Source of the DNA: an uncultured Verrucomicrobiae bacterium
GTDB taxonomy: Bacteria; Verrucomicrobiota; Verrucomicrobiia; Chthoniobacterales; JAATET01
Assembly (NCBI GenBank): GCA_963719495.1
Contig: CAVRCI010000004.1
Coordinates: 96,001-160,000, forward strand
Length of the DNA stretch: 64,000 nucleotides
Direction of reading: 5' to 3'
This document shows positions 39,307 to 48,681 of this stretch, piece after piece (the stretch's first letter is position 1; each line of letters opens with the position of its first letter). Under the pieces are notes generated by a model, which was given only the letters and a program-made list of their open reading frames with translations, was not told the origin of the DNA and did no database searches. A program made the position numbers and the translations under genes.

Positions 39307-39389
39307 GTCCGGGGGATGAGGTCGGTTGGTGTGAGGGTGATTTGCCCGCGAATGGACGCGAATGGACGCGAATGGGGTGAGGGGGCTTG

Positions 39390-40145
39390 GTGAGCGGGCG
39401 GGATTGGCGGATCGGGTCGGTGCCTTATCTCAACGCCCGGCCTTTGATCGAGACCTTGGGGGGTGGGGTGGAGCTGGCGGTGCCGCGGGAGCTGGGGGTG
39501 CGGTTTGGTGGTGGGGAATTCGACGCGGCCTTGGTGCCGATCTTCGTGGCGCTGGAGCGTGGGGGTGGGCGGATCGTGGATGGGGTGGCGATCGGCTGCG
39601 ACGGGGCGGTTTACAGCGTTTTTCTGGCTTACCGGGGGGAGTTGGCGGCGGTGCGGTCGATTGCGATGGACCCGGCTTCGCGGACCTCGGCGAATTTGTT
39701 GCGGTGTCTGCTGTGGGAATTTCGGGGGATGGAATTCGAGGAGACCAGGGAAGTGGTCGCGGAGGATCAGGCGCGATTGATCATCGGAGATCCGGCGATT
39801 GAATTTCGCGCCGCGCATCCGGATTGGAATTATTTGGACCTCGGCGAGGAATGGAAGCGTTGGACGGGGCTGCCGTTTGTCTTTGCCTGCTGGGTGCTGG
39901 GGGATGACGTGGCGGACGCTGAGGGGTTGGCGGATTGGTTGCGGGAGGCGAAGCGGGGTGGGATGGCTCGGATCGGAGAGATTGCGGCGCGGGCGGATAA
40001 TCCGGAGTTTGCGCAGCGGTATTTGACCGAGTATCTGCGGTTCGAACTCGGCGAATCGGAGCGGCGGGCGATGGCTTTGTTCGCGGACCTGTGCGGACTG
40101 CACGGACTCGTTCCGGATGGTCGGGTGCGCTTGCGGGCGGTTTAG
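39390..40145 (+). CDS. mqnA: Chorismate dehydratase (futalosine pathway)
   Basis: [32 protein letters not shown]...TGLPFVFA.W. Confidence 0.9.
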   Translation: MSGRDWRIGSVPYLNARPLIETLGGGVELAVPRELGVRFGGGEFDAALVPIFVALERGGGRIVDGVAIGCDGAVYSVFLAYRGELAAVRSIAMDPASRTSANLLRCLLWEFRGMEFEETREVVAEDQARLIIGDPAIEFRAAHPDWNYLDLGEEWKRWTGLPFVFACWVLGDDVADAEGLADWLREAKRGGMARIGEIAARADNPEFAQRYLTEYLRFELGESERRAMALFADLCGLHGLVPDGRVRLRAV

Positions 40146-40206
40146 ATCGGATCGGATTGGCCTCGGGTTGCAATTGCCGGGGATCTCGGCAGACTGCAGG
40201 GATCAT

Positions 40207-41187
40207 ATGAAAGCTCCCATTAAAGTTGCGGTGACCGGTGCGGCCGGTCAGATCGGATATTCACTTCTGCCCCGGATCGCGTCGGGCGGGGTGTTCGGGC
40301 CGGATCAGCCGGTCGAGTTGAGTCTCATCGAGATCGAGCCGGGGATGAAGGCGCTCGAGGGGGTGATCATGGAACTGCTTGATTGCGCGTTTCCGCTGCT
40401 GACGGGCGTGAACGGGACTTCGGATCTGGACGCCGGATTCGACGGGGTGAATTGGTCCCTGCTCGTCGGCAGTGTGCCGCGGAAGGCGGGGATGGAGCGG
40501 AAGGATCTGCTCGGGATCAACGGGAAGATCTTCGTGGGTCAGGGTGCGGCCATCGCGAAGAACGCGGCTTCGGACGTGCGGGTGCTGGTCGTGGGGAATC
40601 CGTGCAACACGAACTGCCTCATCGCGATGAACAACGGGAAGGATGTGCCGGCGGACCGGTGGTTTGCGATGACGCGGCTCGACGAGAATCGGGCGAAGAC
40701 GCAGCTCGCGCTGAAGGCGGGGGTGCATTGGAGCGAGGTGGACCGGATGGTGATCTGGGGGAATCATTCGGCGACGCTTTATCCGGACTTTGGAAACGCT
40801 CGGATCGGCGGGAACGCGGTGAGCGATGTGATCAAGGATGGCGAATGGCTCGAGGGTGAATTCATCAAGACGGTGCAGCAGCGGGGGGCGGCGATCATCG
40901 CGGCGCGGGGGCTCTCGTCGGCGGCTTCGGCGGCGCACGCGGCCATCGAAACGGTGCAGTCGATCGTGCAACCGACGCCGGGCGACGACTGGCACAGCGT
41001 GGCGGTTTGCTCGGATGGGAGTTACGGCATCGACGAGGGGTTGATGTGCTCGTTCCCGGTGCGGTCGGATGGGGAGAAACTCGAGATCGTGCCGGGCGTG
41101 GAGTTGTCGGAGTTTAGCCAAGCGAAGGTGAGCGCGACGGTGGATGAGTTGCGGCAGGAGCGGGAGATGGTCGCGGAGTTGCTGTGA
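40207..41187 (+). CDS. mdh: Malate dehydrogenase
   Basis: [40 protein letters not shown]. Confidence 0.96.
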   Translation: MKAPIKVAVTGAAGQIGYSLLPRIASGGVFGPDQPVELSLIEIEPGMKALEGVIMELLDCAFPLLTGVNGTSDLDAGFDGVNWSLLVGSVPRKAGMERKDLLGINGKIFVGQGAAIAKNAASDVRVLVVGNPCNTNCLIAMNNGKDVPADRWFAMTRLDENRAKTQLALKAGVHWSEVDRMVIWGNHSATLYPDFGNARIGGNAVSDVIKDGEWLEGEFIKTVQQRGAAIIAARGLSSAASAAHAAIETVQSIVQPTPGDDWHSVAVCSDGSYGIDEGLMCSFPVRSDGEKLEIVPGVELSEFSQAKVSATVDELRQEREMVAELL

Positions 41188-41230
41188 GAGTTTTTGGGGG
41201 GGAAGTGCCGCTTCGCGGGGTTGGGTCGGC

Positions 41231-41340
41231 TTCCGAGCTGGAAGCTCGAAAGTGCGAGCTGGAAGCTCGCGGTCCCCACGCGGTCCCCACGCGGTCCCCA
41301 CGCGGTCCCCACGCGGTCCACGCGCGGTCCACGCGGTTCC
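41231..41340 (+). repeat. Double-hairpin REP followed by a CGCGGTCCCCA 11-mer tandem array
   Basis: CGAGCTGGAAGCTCG x2, then four perfect and three degenerate 11-mers; same REP without array at 46087-46133. Confidence 0.9.
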
Positions 41341-41381
41341 CGCGTGGTCGCTGGTGACTTGGCGGTTCCTGGTGACTTGAG

Positions 41382-41720
41382 ATGATGGCTTTTCGGTTGG
41401 CGGCGGGTTTGGGGTTGCTGGGCGTGGTGCTTGGAGCTTTTGGCGCGCATGGGTTGAAGGCGCAATTGGCGGCTTTTGGGACGGAGCCGTTTTGGGAAAC
41501 GGCGGTGATCTACCACCTGGTGCACGCGGTGGCGCTGCTGGCGGTGGCGGAGCGGGCGTCGGTGCTGGTGACGTGGCTCTGGGTCGGTGGCGTGGCCGTT
41601 TTTTCCGGGAGCCTCTACGTGTTGGCGGTGACGGATCTGCGGTGGTTGGGCGCGATCACGCCGATTGGCGGGGTGGCGTTGATTGCCGGATGGGCGCTTC
41701 TGTTGGTGCGCGGACGGTGA
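41382..41720 (+). CDS. DUF423 membrane protein
   Basis: LGAFGAHGL, YHLVH, FSGSLY, GAITPIGG. Confidence 0.9.
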   Translation: MMAFRLAAGLGLLGVVLGAFGAHGLKAQLAAFGTEPFWETAVIYHLVHAVALLAVAERASVLVTWLWVGGVAVFSGSLYVLAVTDLRWLGAITPIGGVALIAGWALLLVRGR

Positions 41721-42139
41721 TGACGGCGTTCGAACGGATCGAGGTGCGGACCTCGGGGAAGGGGACTTACGAGATCACCGGCGAAGTGGAGCGGGTCGTC
41801 AGGGAGAGTGGGGTGGCGACGGGGATTGTGACGGTGTTCCTGCGGCACACGAGTGCGAGTTTGGTGATCTACGAGAATGCGGATCGGTCGGCGCGGGAGG
41901 ATTTGCACCGTTATTTCGAGAAGTTGGTGCCGGAGGACGATCCGGATTGGGTTCACACGATGGAGGGGCCGGATGATACGACGAGTCACTTGCGGATGGC
42001 GCTCACTCGGTCGAGTGAGACGGTGCCGGTGAACGGCGGGCGCATGACCCTGGGGACTTGGCAGGGAATTTTTGTTTTCGAACACCGGCGGGCCGGGCAT
42101 CAGCGGTCGGTGGACGTGGTGGTGGTGGGGGAGTCGTGA
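41720..42139 (+). CDS. yjbQ: YjbQ/UPF0047 family protein
   Basis: HTSASL..ENAD, H..EGPDD..SH, LGTWQGIF.FEHR. Confidence 0.9.
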   Translation: MTAFERIEVRTSGKGTYEITGEVERVVRESGVATGIVTVFLRHTSASLVIYENADRSAREDLHRYFEKLVPEDDPDWVHTMEGPDDTTSHLRMALTRSSETVPVNGGRMTLGTWQGIFVFEHRRAGHQRSVDVVVVGES

Positions 42140-42175
42140 GGGGTGAGGGATATGATGGGCTTCGCCCATTCGGGT

Positions 42176-42290
42176 TGGGTCGGCGATTGAAAATCGCCGC
42201 TCCTTGAGTTTCGGCTCTCTCGCTTCGCTCGATTTGCCTGGAGATGCGGCGGGACGCCGCATCTCGCACGCGGGGACGCGTGCGTTCCCC
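42176..42290 (+). repeat. Composite REP element (REP-A + linker + REP-B)
   Basis: CGGCGATTGAAAATCGCCGCTCCTTGA + TCGGCTCTCTCGCTTCGCTCGA + REP-B. Confidence 0.9.
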
Positions 42291-42763
42291 TACAAGTTCT
42301 TGAGGAAGCTTCGGAGCATCCAGAGGGTCTTTTCGTGGACGCGAAGGCGGCCGATGGCTAGGTCCTGCGTTTCAAGATCACCGGCTTTCTCCGCTTCGTT
42401 GCGGAGGGTGGTGAGGTTGGCCTCGGTCAACTCGTTGGCTTCGACAAGGGCGGCGACGTAGTCCTTGGCCGGCGTTGCGCCGATCGTCAGTTCGTCGATG
42501 TGGGACATCTTGCCGAGCATTTTGAGACCGCCGGGGGCGTATTCGTCGAGGGCGCGGAGGCGCTCGGCGAGGTCGTCGACGGCGATGAAAAGCTCTTCGT
42601 ATTGGGTCTGAAAGGCGGCGTGGAGGGAGAAGAAATGCTCGCCTTCAACGTTCCAATGGGCGACGTGGGTCTGGCCCATGAGCGCGTAGGTGTCCGCGAT
42701 GCAGGTGCGGAGGGCTTCGTTGACGGCGGTGGATTCTTTTTGGGTGAGGGTGTCGGTAGGCAT
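42290..42763 (-). CDS. dps: Dps ferritin-like DNA protection protein
   Basis: HWNVEG..F.SLH..F..QYEE, DDLAERLRAL, HEKTLWML. Confidence 0.93.
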   Translation of the reverse strand: MPTDTLTQKESTAVNEALRTCIADTYALMGQTHVAHWNVEGEHFFSLHAAFQTQYEELFIAVDDLAERLRALDEYAPGGLKMLGKMSHIDELTIGATPAKDYVAALVEANELTEANLTTLRNEAEKAGDLETQDLAIGRLRVHEKTLWMLRSFLKNL

Positions 42764-42813
42764 GTCGATTTCGTTTTGTTTGGGCACTCTATCGAATTGG
42801 TGCAATTTGTCGA

Positions 42814-42999
42814 ATGGCAAAGACGCTCTGTGATTGGTCGAAGAAGGATATCGAGCGCGATTTCGTGAAGCTGTGCGAGATCGTGACACCGGCGAAATAC
42901 GTGTGCCGGAAATGCACTCGGAGCGCCGCGACCTCGAAGGTGCTCTGCAAACCCCGAAAAATCCCCGCGGAAACGAACGGAGTCGGCGGGACGAACTAG
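42814..42999 (+). CDS. Small Cys-rich hypothetical protein
   Basis: 61 aa, KTLCDW, YVCRKC.RSA....LCKP pattern; divergent from dps. Confidence 0.65.
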   Translation: MAKTLCDWSKKDIERDFVKLCEIVTPAKYVCRKCTRSAATSKVLCKPRKIPAETNGVGGTN

Positions 43000-43066
43000 C
43001 GCGTTGACAAACCGGGTGCCGCGAGGATTTTATTGACGATTCAAGTCGGCGGTTGCCGATTCGAAT

Positions 43067-43142
43067 GGTGGTCGTAGTTCAATGGTAGAGCCCCAGATTG
43101 TGATTCTGGTTGTTGCGGGTTCGAGTCCCGTCGATCACCCCA
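43067..43142 (+). tRNA. tRNA-His (GUG)
   Basis: G-1, acceptor GTGGTCG/CGATCAC, anticodon GTG at 43100-43102, GGTTCGAGTCC T-arm, discriminator C, encoded CCA. Confidence 0.96.
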
Positions 43143-43236
43143 TTTTTCCCGGATGTCCCGCGTCGTCACGAACATGGCGCGGGGACCGTTGCCGATCGAA
43201 CCGCGCCACGGGGCTCGGGGGAAATTTTCGGTCCCG

Positions 43237-43533
43237 TTAGCGGCGCCAGTGGTGGCGGCCGGCGCCAATGCTCACGCCAGCCGTGAACGAAAGGCTGGGG
43301 CGATAGCAAACCGGAGCGGGACGGTAGTAGACGGGCGCGGGGCGGTAATAGACGGGTGCCGGGCGGTAGACGCGGGGTTGGACGTAGACGACCCGGGGGG
43401 CGGGGCGGTAGTAGGTCGGAGCGCAGGTGGGACTGCTGTAGGAAGTGATGACCCGACGACCGCCGGCTTCGGCGGATGGGATGGTGAGGACCAGAGCGGC
43501 GAGGGAGAGTGTGAGCGCGAGGATGGTTTTCAT
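43237..43533 (-). CDS. Small secreted Pro/Tyr-rich repeat protein (YYRPAPV repeats)
   Basis: Signal peptide (AEA-G); tandem YRPAPV units. Confidence 0.65.
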   Translation of the reverse strand: MKTILALTLSLAALVLTIPSAEAGGRRVITSYSSPTCAPTYYRPAPRVVYVQPRVYRPAPVYYRPAPVYYRPAPVCYRPSLSFTAGVSIGAGRHHWRR

Positions 43534-43557
43534 GGTAGTGATGGGTTGTTGCATTCA

Positions 43558-44064
43558 ATGACGGACCGAACGACGAGTTATTCAATCTTTCGCTGGCTGG
43601 CTGTCGCGGTGGTTGGGGCGGTGCTGGGTTCCGGGTGTGCTTCGGTGAAATCGACGGCGATCCACTACGTCCCGACCACTTTGGACGTGTTCCCTCCGAA
43701 GTCGAAGGATTTTCCCATTCCGATCCTGGAGAAGGCCCCGGACCGGCGGTATCGCACGATCGGGAAATTCGCTTTCGAAACGGCGCTGGGCTACCGATTC
43801 GCGCGGGACGCGATCCTTTACAATGCCCGGCGGAACGGGGCGGATGCGGTGATCCTCAACAACGTGTCGGGTCGGCGGGAGCTGTTTTTGACTCGCGTGC
43901 CCGCGCGGGTGGATTACGTGCCGACGGTGGGTTACTACGGCGGGTATGGTTACGGAGGTTACGGGCGATACGCGTCTTATTATCCGATCTATCGACCGGG
44001 CTACGTGCGGGCGGATGAGGAGGTTGTGACTTCGGTGGATGCGGAGATGATTCGGGTGCGGTGA
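43558..44064 (+). CDS. Hypothetical lipoprotein
   Basis: Lipobox-like LGSGC; Y..IG...., ARRNGADAVIL (YbjQ/RcsF-like fold motif); Gly/Tyr-rich loop. Confidence 0.65.
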   Translation: MTDRTTSYSIFRWLAVAVVGAVLGSGCASVKSTAIHYVPTTLDVFPPKSKDFPIPILEKAPDRRYRTIGKFAFETALGYRFARDAILYNARRNGADAVILNNVSGRRELFLTRVPARVDYVPTVGYYGGYGYGGYGRYASYYPIYRPGYVRADEEVVTSVDAEMIRVR

Positions 44065-44115
44065 TGGGGGTGGGGATGACGGTTTTCGGAATATCGGGGC
44101 GTTATTGCGGGGCGA

Positions 44116-44141
44116 CGGCTCGGCGGGAGCCTCGCCCTCCG
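44116..44141 (+). repeat. REP identical to 37783-37808
   Basis: Exact 26-nt match. Confidence 0.85.
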
Positions 44142-44213
44142 AGTTGGATGCCTTCGGCGCTTGGTTCGTGAACTTCGTTCGATGACTGGGCGTTTTTGTG
44201 GTTTGGTGATCCG

Positions 44214-44882
44214 ATGAGTGAGCGGGTTCAGATCGATCGACCGGAGCGGGATGGGAAGGTGCTGCTTCATTCCTGCTGCGCGCCTTGTTCGGGGGAGGTG
44301 ATGGAGGCGATGGCGGACGCGGGCGTGGAGTATTCGATCTTCTTCTACAATCCGAACATTCACCCGCGGCGCGAATACGAGCTGCGAAAGGAGGAGAACG
44401 TGCGGTTCGCGGAGAAGGAGGGGATCGAGTTCGTGGACGCGGATTACGACACGGACAATTGGTTCGCGCGAATCAAGGGGATGGAATGGGAGCCGGAGCG
44501 GGGGGCGAGGTGCACGGCGTGTTTCGACATGCGGTTCGAGCGGACGGCGCTGTATGCGCACGAGCATGGGTTTCCGATCATCACGAGTTGTCTCGGGATC
44601 TCGCGGTGGAAGAACATGGCGCAGATCAACGACTGCGGGGAGCGGGCGGCGGGTCGCTACGAGGGGATGAGCTACTGGACCTACAACTGGCGGAAAAAGG
44701 GCGGGGCTTCGCGGATGATCGAGATCTCGAAGCGGGAAGAATTTTATCAGCAGGAATATTGCGGGTGCATTTACTCGCTGCGGGACACGAACAAGTGGCG
44801 GACGGATCAGGGTCGGGGGAAGATCAAGATCGGGGTGCAGTATTACGGGACGGCGACCGAGGGGGGTGGGGGCTGCGCGTGA
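44214..44882 (+). CDS. queH: Epoxyqueuosine reductase QueH
   Basis: [40 protein letters not shown]. Confidence 0.95.
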   Translation: MSERVQIDRPERDGKVLLHSCCAPCSGEVMEAMADAGVEYSIFFYNPNIHPRREYELRKEENVRFAEKEGIEFVDADYDTDNWFARIKGMEWEPERGARCTACFDMRFERTALYAHEHGFPIITSCLGISRWKNMAQINDCGERAAGRYEGMSYWTYNWRKKGGASRMIEISKREEFYQQEYCGCIYSLRDTNKWRTDQGRGKIKIGVQYYGTATEGGGGCA

Positions 44883-44928
44883 CTGGTGAATAGTGAATAG
44901 TGATTGGTGGGTGATGGTTGGCGGCGGG

Positions 44929-45981
44929 TTAGCGGCGGTTGAAGGGTTTGGGGTCGTTGGTCGGTGTTTTCGACTGCGGTTGAGTTGGGGGTTCGGACTT
45001 TGCTTTCGTGGCCTTGGTTTCGGCTCTTTTCCACGCGGACCAGCTTTGGCGGAAGGTTGGGGCGGTTGATTGGCTGTAGCGGTAGAAGTCTTGGAGGAAT
45101 TGGCGGCGGGCTCGTTTTCCGGCGGCTCGGGTTGGGTTGGAGTCGGAGGTGTCGCGGAGGTCGGTGCCGCCGAGGCGGTGTTGGCGTTCGATGATGGTGG
45201 CGGCGGTGAGGGTGCGGGCGTTGGCCATGAGGTCGACGAGGGTCATGAAGGTGGTGGTTCGGCCGAGGCCGGAATCGCAGTGGAGGTGGAGCCAGGTGGC
45301 GGGGTCGCGGTCGGCGATGAAGCGGACGAAATCGTCGACGATGGCGTCGGGCGGGGCGGTGAAGTCGGTGACGTTGAAGCGGCGGTATCCCCAGGTGACG
45401 TGGCGAACGAATTTTTCTTCGGTGGAGGTCTCGCGGACGTTGATGCGGAGGGTGATGGGCTCCCAGGTGGCGGGGTTGACGTAGCCGTCGAGGGCGAAGG
45501 CGGTGGCGGTGATCGTGCCGGCGGATCGGGCGGCGGCAAGCCAACGTTTTTCGAGGGTGGATGATTTCTCGGCGGGGAGCTGGTCGGGCGGGCCCCAGGA
45601 GAGGGCCATGTTGTTGATGAAGGCGTGGGGCTCGGCTCGGAGGTCGACGACGGTGACCTGGCGGTCGGGGGTGAGGGTTTCCTGAAGGAACCAGAATTGG
45701 TTCTGGCAGAATTGGCCGCTGCCGGACATCCGGAGGCGGGCGAGGCCTTCGAGGAGGAGGGGGGCGCCGTCGGGCAGGGGGCGGGTCGAGATTTTGTCGA
45801 AGGTCGAACGGGAGTTGAAGGGGAGTTCGCGGGGGGACTCGATGTCGATGACGAGGAGGTCGGGGAGCGGGAAGGGGTAGTCGGGTTGGGTGAGGACGAG
45901 TTGGACGTTTTCCGGAGGTGGCTCGGGTGGGGTGAGCCACGGGAGGGCGGCTAGGAGGGCGATGATCGCAGGGAAAGGCAC
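44929..45981 (-). CDS. PTP-like phytase / inositol polyphosphate phosphatase
   Basis: MSGSGQF, VDLRAEPHAFIN, VTDF..P, WLHLHCDSGLGRTTTFM (CX5R), IIERQHRLGG; N-terminal signal-like segment. Confidence 0.85.
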   Translation of the reverse strand: MPFPAIIALLAALPWLTPPEPPPENVQLVLTQPDYPFPLPDLLVIDIESPRELPFNSRSTFDKISTRPLPDGAPLLLEGLARLRMSGSGQFCQNQFWFLQETLTPDRQVTVVDLRAEPHAFINNMALSWGPPDQLPAEKSSTLEKRWLAAARSAGTITATAFALDGYVNPATWEPITLRINVRETSTEEKFVRHVTWGYRRFNVTDFTAPPDAIVDDFVRFIADRDPATWLHLHCDSGLGRTTTFMTLVDLMANARTLTAATIIERQHRLGGTDLRDTSDSNPTRAAGKRARRQFLQDFYRYSQSTAPTFRQSWSAWKRAETKATKAKSEPPTQPQSKTPTNDPKPFNRR

Positions 45982-46086
45982 GCGCTCTTTCTAACAACTC
46001 TTTTTCGTAACTTTAACCTTTGTCTTCGTGGGTCCTCGAGCGGGCGGGATGGAGTGAGTTGGCGGCTTCGCCGATTGGTGACGAGG

Positions 46087-46133
46087 TTCCGAGCTGGAAG
46101 CTCGGAACGGCGACCTGGAAGGTCGCGGTCCCC
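46087..46133 (+). repeat. Double-hairpin REP, relative of 41231-41277
   Basis: TTCCGAGCTGGAAGCTCGGAA + GCGACCTGGAAGGTCGCGGTCCCC (compensatory change vs GCGAGCTGGAAGCTCGC). Confidence 0.8.
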
Positions 46134-46145
46134 TCCTGGCTGGCG

Positions 46146-46997
46146 CTAGGCTGATTCGGCGAGGGCGGCGTGGTCGATGGTGCGGAGGCGGGTCTGGTGG
46201 GAGCCCAAGCGGGGGATGCACTCGATGAGGGCTTTCGTGTAGGGGTGCTGGGAGTTTTCGAGGATCTGTTCCGTTGGGCCGTGCTCGACGATTTTGCCGC
46301 GGAACATGACGGCGACCTTGTCGCAGAGGCCGCGGATGATGGCGAAGTTGTGCGTGATGAGGATGATGGACATTCCGAGCTGGGTGCGGAGGCCGCGGAG
46401 TTCCTCGAGGATCTGGGCCTGGATGGTGACGTCGAGGGCGGTGGTGGGCTCGTCGGCGACGAGGAGCTTGGGGCGGCAGCTTAGGGCCATGGCGATCATG
46501 GCGCGTTGCTGCATGCCGCCGCTGAGCTGGTGCGGGTAGTCGTTCATTCGCTTGGCGGCGTCGACGATGCCGACGGCGTCGAGCCAGTGGATGATCTCCT
46601 TGTCGACGTCCTTGACGTCGGGACGGTGGATGCGGATGGCCTCGGCGATCTGCGAGCGGATGGAGAAGACGGGGTTGAGGGAGCTGGAGGGCTCCTGGAA
46701 AATATAGGCGATCTCGCCGCCGCGGATGCGGCGGAGTTCGGCGGTAGGCATCTCGAGAACGTTGCGGCCGCGCCAGAGGATGGAGCCGGTCGGGTAGCTG
46801 ACGGGTGGTTGGGGGAGGAGGCGGGTGAGCGCGAGGGCGGTGACGCTTTTGCCGGAGCCGGATTCGCCGACGATGGCGAGGGTCTCGCCGGTGCCGACCT
46901 TGAAGGACGAGTTGACGACGGCGTCGGTGCGTCCGCGGTCGGTGTCGAACGAGATGGAGAGGTCGCGGACTTCGAGGAGCGGAGGTTGGTCGGGCAT
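46146..46997 (-). CDS. Oligopeptide/dipeptide ABC transporter ATP-binding subunit (OppD/DppD), orphan
   Basis: [48 protein letters not shown]. Confidence 0.92.
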   Translation of the reverse strand: MPDQPPLLEVRDLSISFDTDRGRTDAVVNSSFKVGTGETLAIVGESGSGKSVTALALTRLLPQPPVSYPTGSILWRGRNVLEMPTAELRRIRGGEIAYIFQEPSSSLNPVFSIRSQIAEAIRIHRPDVKDVDKEIIHWLDAVGIVDAAKRMNDYPHQLSGGMQQRAMIAMALSCRPKLLVADEPTTALDVTIQAQILEELRGLRTQLGMSIILITHNFAIIRGLCDKVAVMFRGKIVEHGPTEQILENSQHPYTKALIECIPRLGSHQTRLRTIDHAALAESA

Positions 46998-47014
46998 GGG
47001 CTGCGGTGAGGAGA

Positions 47015-47045
47015 TTTGAACAGAAGGTCGCGAAGGTCGCAAAGA
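47015..47045 (+). repeat. Dispersed repeat TTTGAACAGAAGGTCGCGAAGGTCGCAAAGA
   Basis: Second copy with 2 mismatches at 1533-1563. Confidence 0.75.
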
Positions 47046-47065
47046 ATTAGGGGGGCGGGGTGAAT

Positions 47066-47094
47066 TTGACTTGATGGAAGAAAGTCATTAGACC
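47066..47094 (+). promoter_or_regulatory. Putative promoter of a leaderless secretin-like gene
   Basis: TTGACT-17-TAGACC then 6 nt to ATG 47101. Confidence 0.55.
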
Positions 47095-47100
47095 GACGAA

Positions 47101-48666
47101 ATGAAGGCTTCCCCCCTCGTTCGCTTCTGCGCGCTTGCGCTCGGCTGGTTGGTTTGTCTGTCCGCGGGTCGGGCGGCGGACGCTCCCGTGAAGGTGGAGG
47201 TGACGGTGTTTCGGATCGATGCGGCGGAAGCGCCCGAGTGGGTGAAAGCCGCTGAAGAAGCCGGGCTGATCGGCGTGTTCGATCCCGAGAAGAGCGCGGC
47301 AATGCGGCGGGATCTCGAGCGGGTTGATTCGTTGGTCGAGACCAGGTTCGGAGCAATGGTGCGGAGCGGGCAGCGTGCGAAGCTCGATGCCGTCCGAGGA
47401 TTTCCCGTTCCGACGGAATTTGAGAAGGGCGGTCGGGTGCCGCTCCGCTTCGAGCGACAAGACGTGGGACTCGCCTTGGAAGTCACCCCGAAGTTGATCG
47501 ACGACAAGTTGGATCTCAAGTTCGCGATGTCCTCGGTTCGGTTGATCGGATTTCCGGTGACGGGGCGGATCTGGCAGCCGTCGTTCTCGAATTTGAGTCT
47601 CGAAACGTCGGTTTCGCTCTCCGCAGGCCAGAGCGTCATGTTGCGCCTCGGGAGCGAGAATGACACGGGTGACCGGGTGACCACGCTGGCGATGGTCTCG
47701 GCGGAGATCCTTGCGACTGACGCGGGCGATGGCGGGACGGCGGCGAGTCAGGTCGAGATCGAAGGTCGAATGATCGAGGTCTCGGAAGAGGCCTCGGAAG
47801 CGCTCGAGGCCCTGCGGGCGGTGGTGAATCGGACGTTGAAGGCGGAGGAGTTCGAAGCCTTGATCAGAACTTTGAACCGCGGGAAGGGGATCGAGATGCT
47901 GTCGACTCCGAAGGTGACGACGAAGGTCGATCAGAGGGCGACCATCAATCTGGTCCGCGAATTTCGGTATCCGACGGCGTTCGATCCGGCGGAGGGCGGG
48001 ACGTCGCCGACGCCCAACCAATTTGCTACCGAAAACACGGGAGTGACGCTCGAGGTCGAGCCGAAGATGGCCGAGGGCGGGGCGGAGATCGATCTGATGC
48101 TGGACGCCCGGGTCGTGGATTTCGATGGGTTCATCAATTATGCCGCCGAAATGCCGCCGACGTGGAGCGGGGACGGGGCGGTCAAGAATGCCGACGCAGC
48201 GGCGGCGGTCGTGATCAATCAGCCGATCTTCGGGGTGCGGCGAGCGGCTACCCGCGTTTCGGTCGCATCGGGCGACACGATTGTGCTGGGGGGCGTTGCC
48301 CGCCGGGATGAGCAGACGATCGAATCGGGGCCACCGGGGAATCGGATCAAGGAGGCGGTCGAAATCACAAAGACGCTGTTCGTTTTCGTGACGCCCCGGT
48401 GGGTCGATTCGGAGGGTAAGGTGGTCTCGGATCGCGCGGCTCGGGTGCTCGCGGGAGACCCGACGCCGTCCCTAATTTTCGAGCAGCGGGAGGGGATGGC
48501 ACCGCGGGCGGAGGATGGGATGCCTTACGGATCGCCGGTCACCGGGAAGCCGGGCTTCGTCACGAGTCCGCACGCGCCGGAATCGGGTTACGTCGATTTG
48601 CGCGGGTTTCCGCCAGATACCGAGGTGAAGTGCCCGTATTCCGGGAGATTGTTCCTGGTTCCCTGA
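47101..48666 (+). CDS. Secretin-like (type II/III secretion, type IV pilus) protein with duplicated secretin-like region and Pro/Gly-rich C-terminal domain
   Basis: Signal peptide; LSTPKVTT..DQRATI..VREFRYPT.F, NTGVTLEVEP, INQPIF..R, GDTIVLGG, LFVFVTP; similar motifs repeated in the N-half. Confidence 0.72.
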   Translation: MKASPLVRFCALALGWLVCLSAGRAADAPVKVEVTVFRIDAAEAPEWVKAAEEAGLIGVFDPEKSAAMRRDLERVDSLVETRFGAMVRSGQRAKLDAVRGFPVPTEFEKGGRVPLRFERQDVGLALEVTPKLIDDKLDLKFAMSSVRLIGFPVTGRIWQPSFSNLSLETSVSLSAGQSVMLRLGSENDTGDRVTTLAMVSAEILATDAGDGGTAASQVEIEGRMIEVSEEASEALEALRAVVNRTLKAEEFEALIRTLNRGKGIEMLSTPKVTTKVDQRATINLVREFRYPTAFDPAEGGTSPTPNQFATENTGVTLEVEPKMAEGGAEIDLMLDARVVDFDGFINYAAEMPPTWSGDGAVKNADAAAAVVINQPIFGVRRAATRVSVASGDTIVLGGVARRDEQTIESGPPGNRIKEAVEITKTLFVFVTPRWVDSEGKVVSDRAARVLAGDPTPSLIFEQREGMAPRAEDGMPYGSPVTGKPGFVTSPHAPESGYVDLRGFPPDTEVKCPYSGRLFLVP

Positions 48667-48681
48667 GGGCGCCGACGGGGT

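Noticed and set aside
43067..43142. tRNA-His as an integration site
   Set aside because: No duplicate of the tRNA 3' end and no integrase seen in the window.
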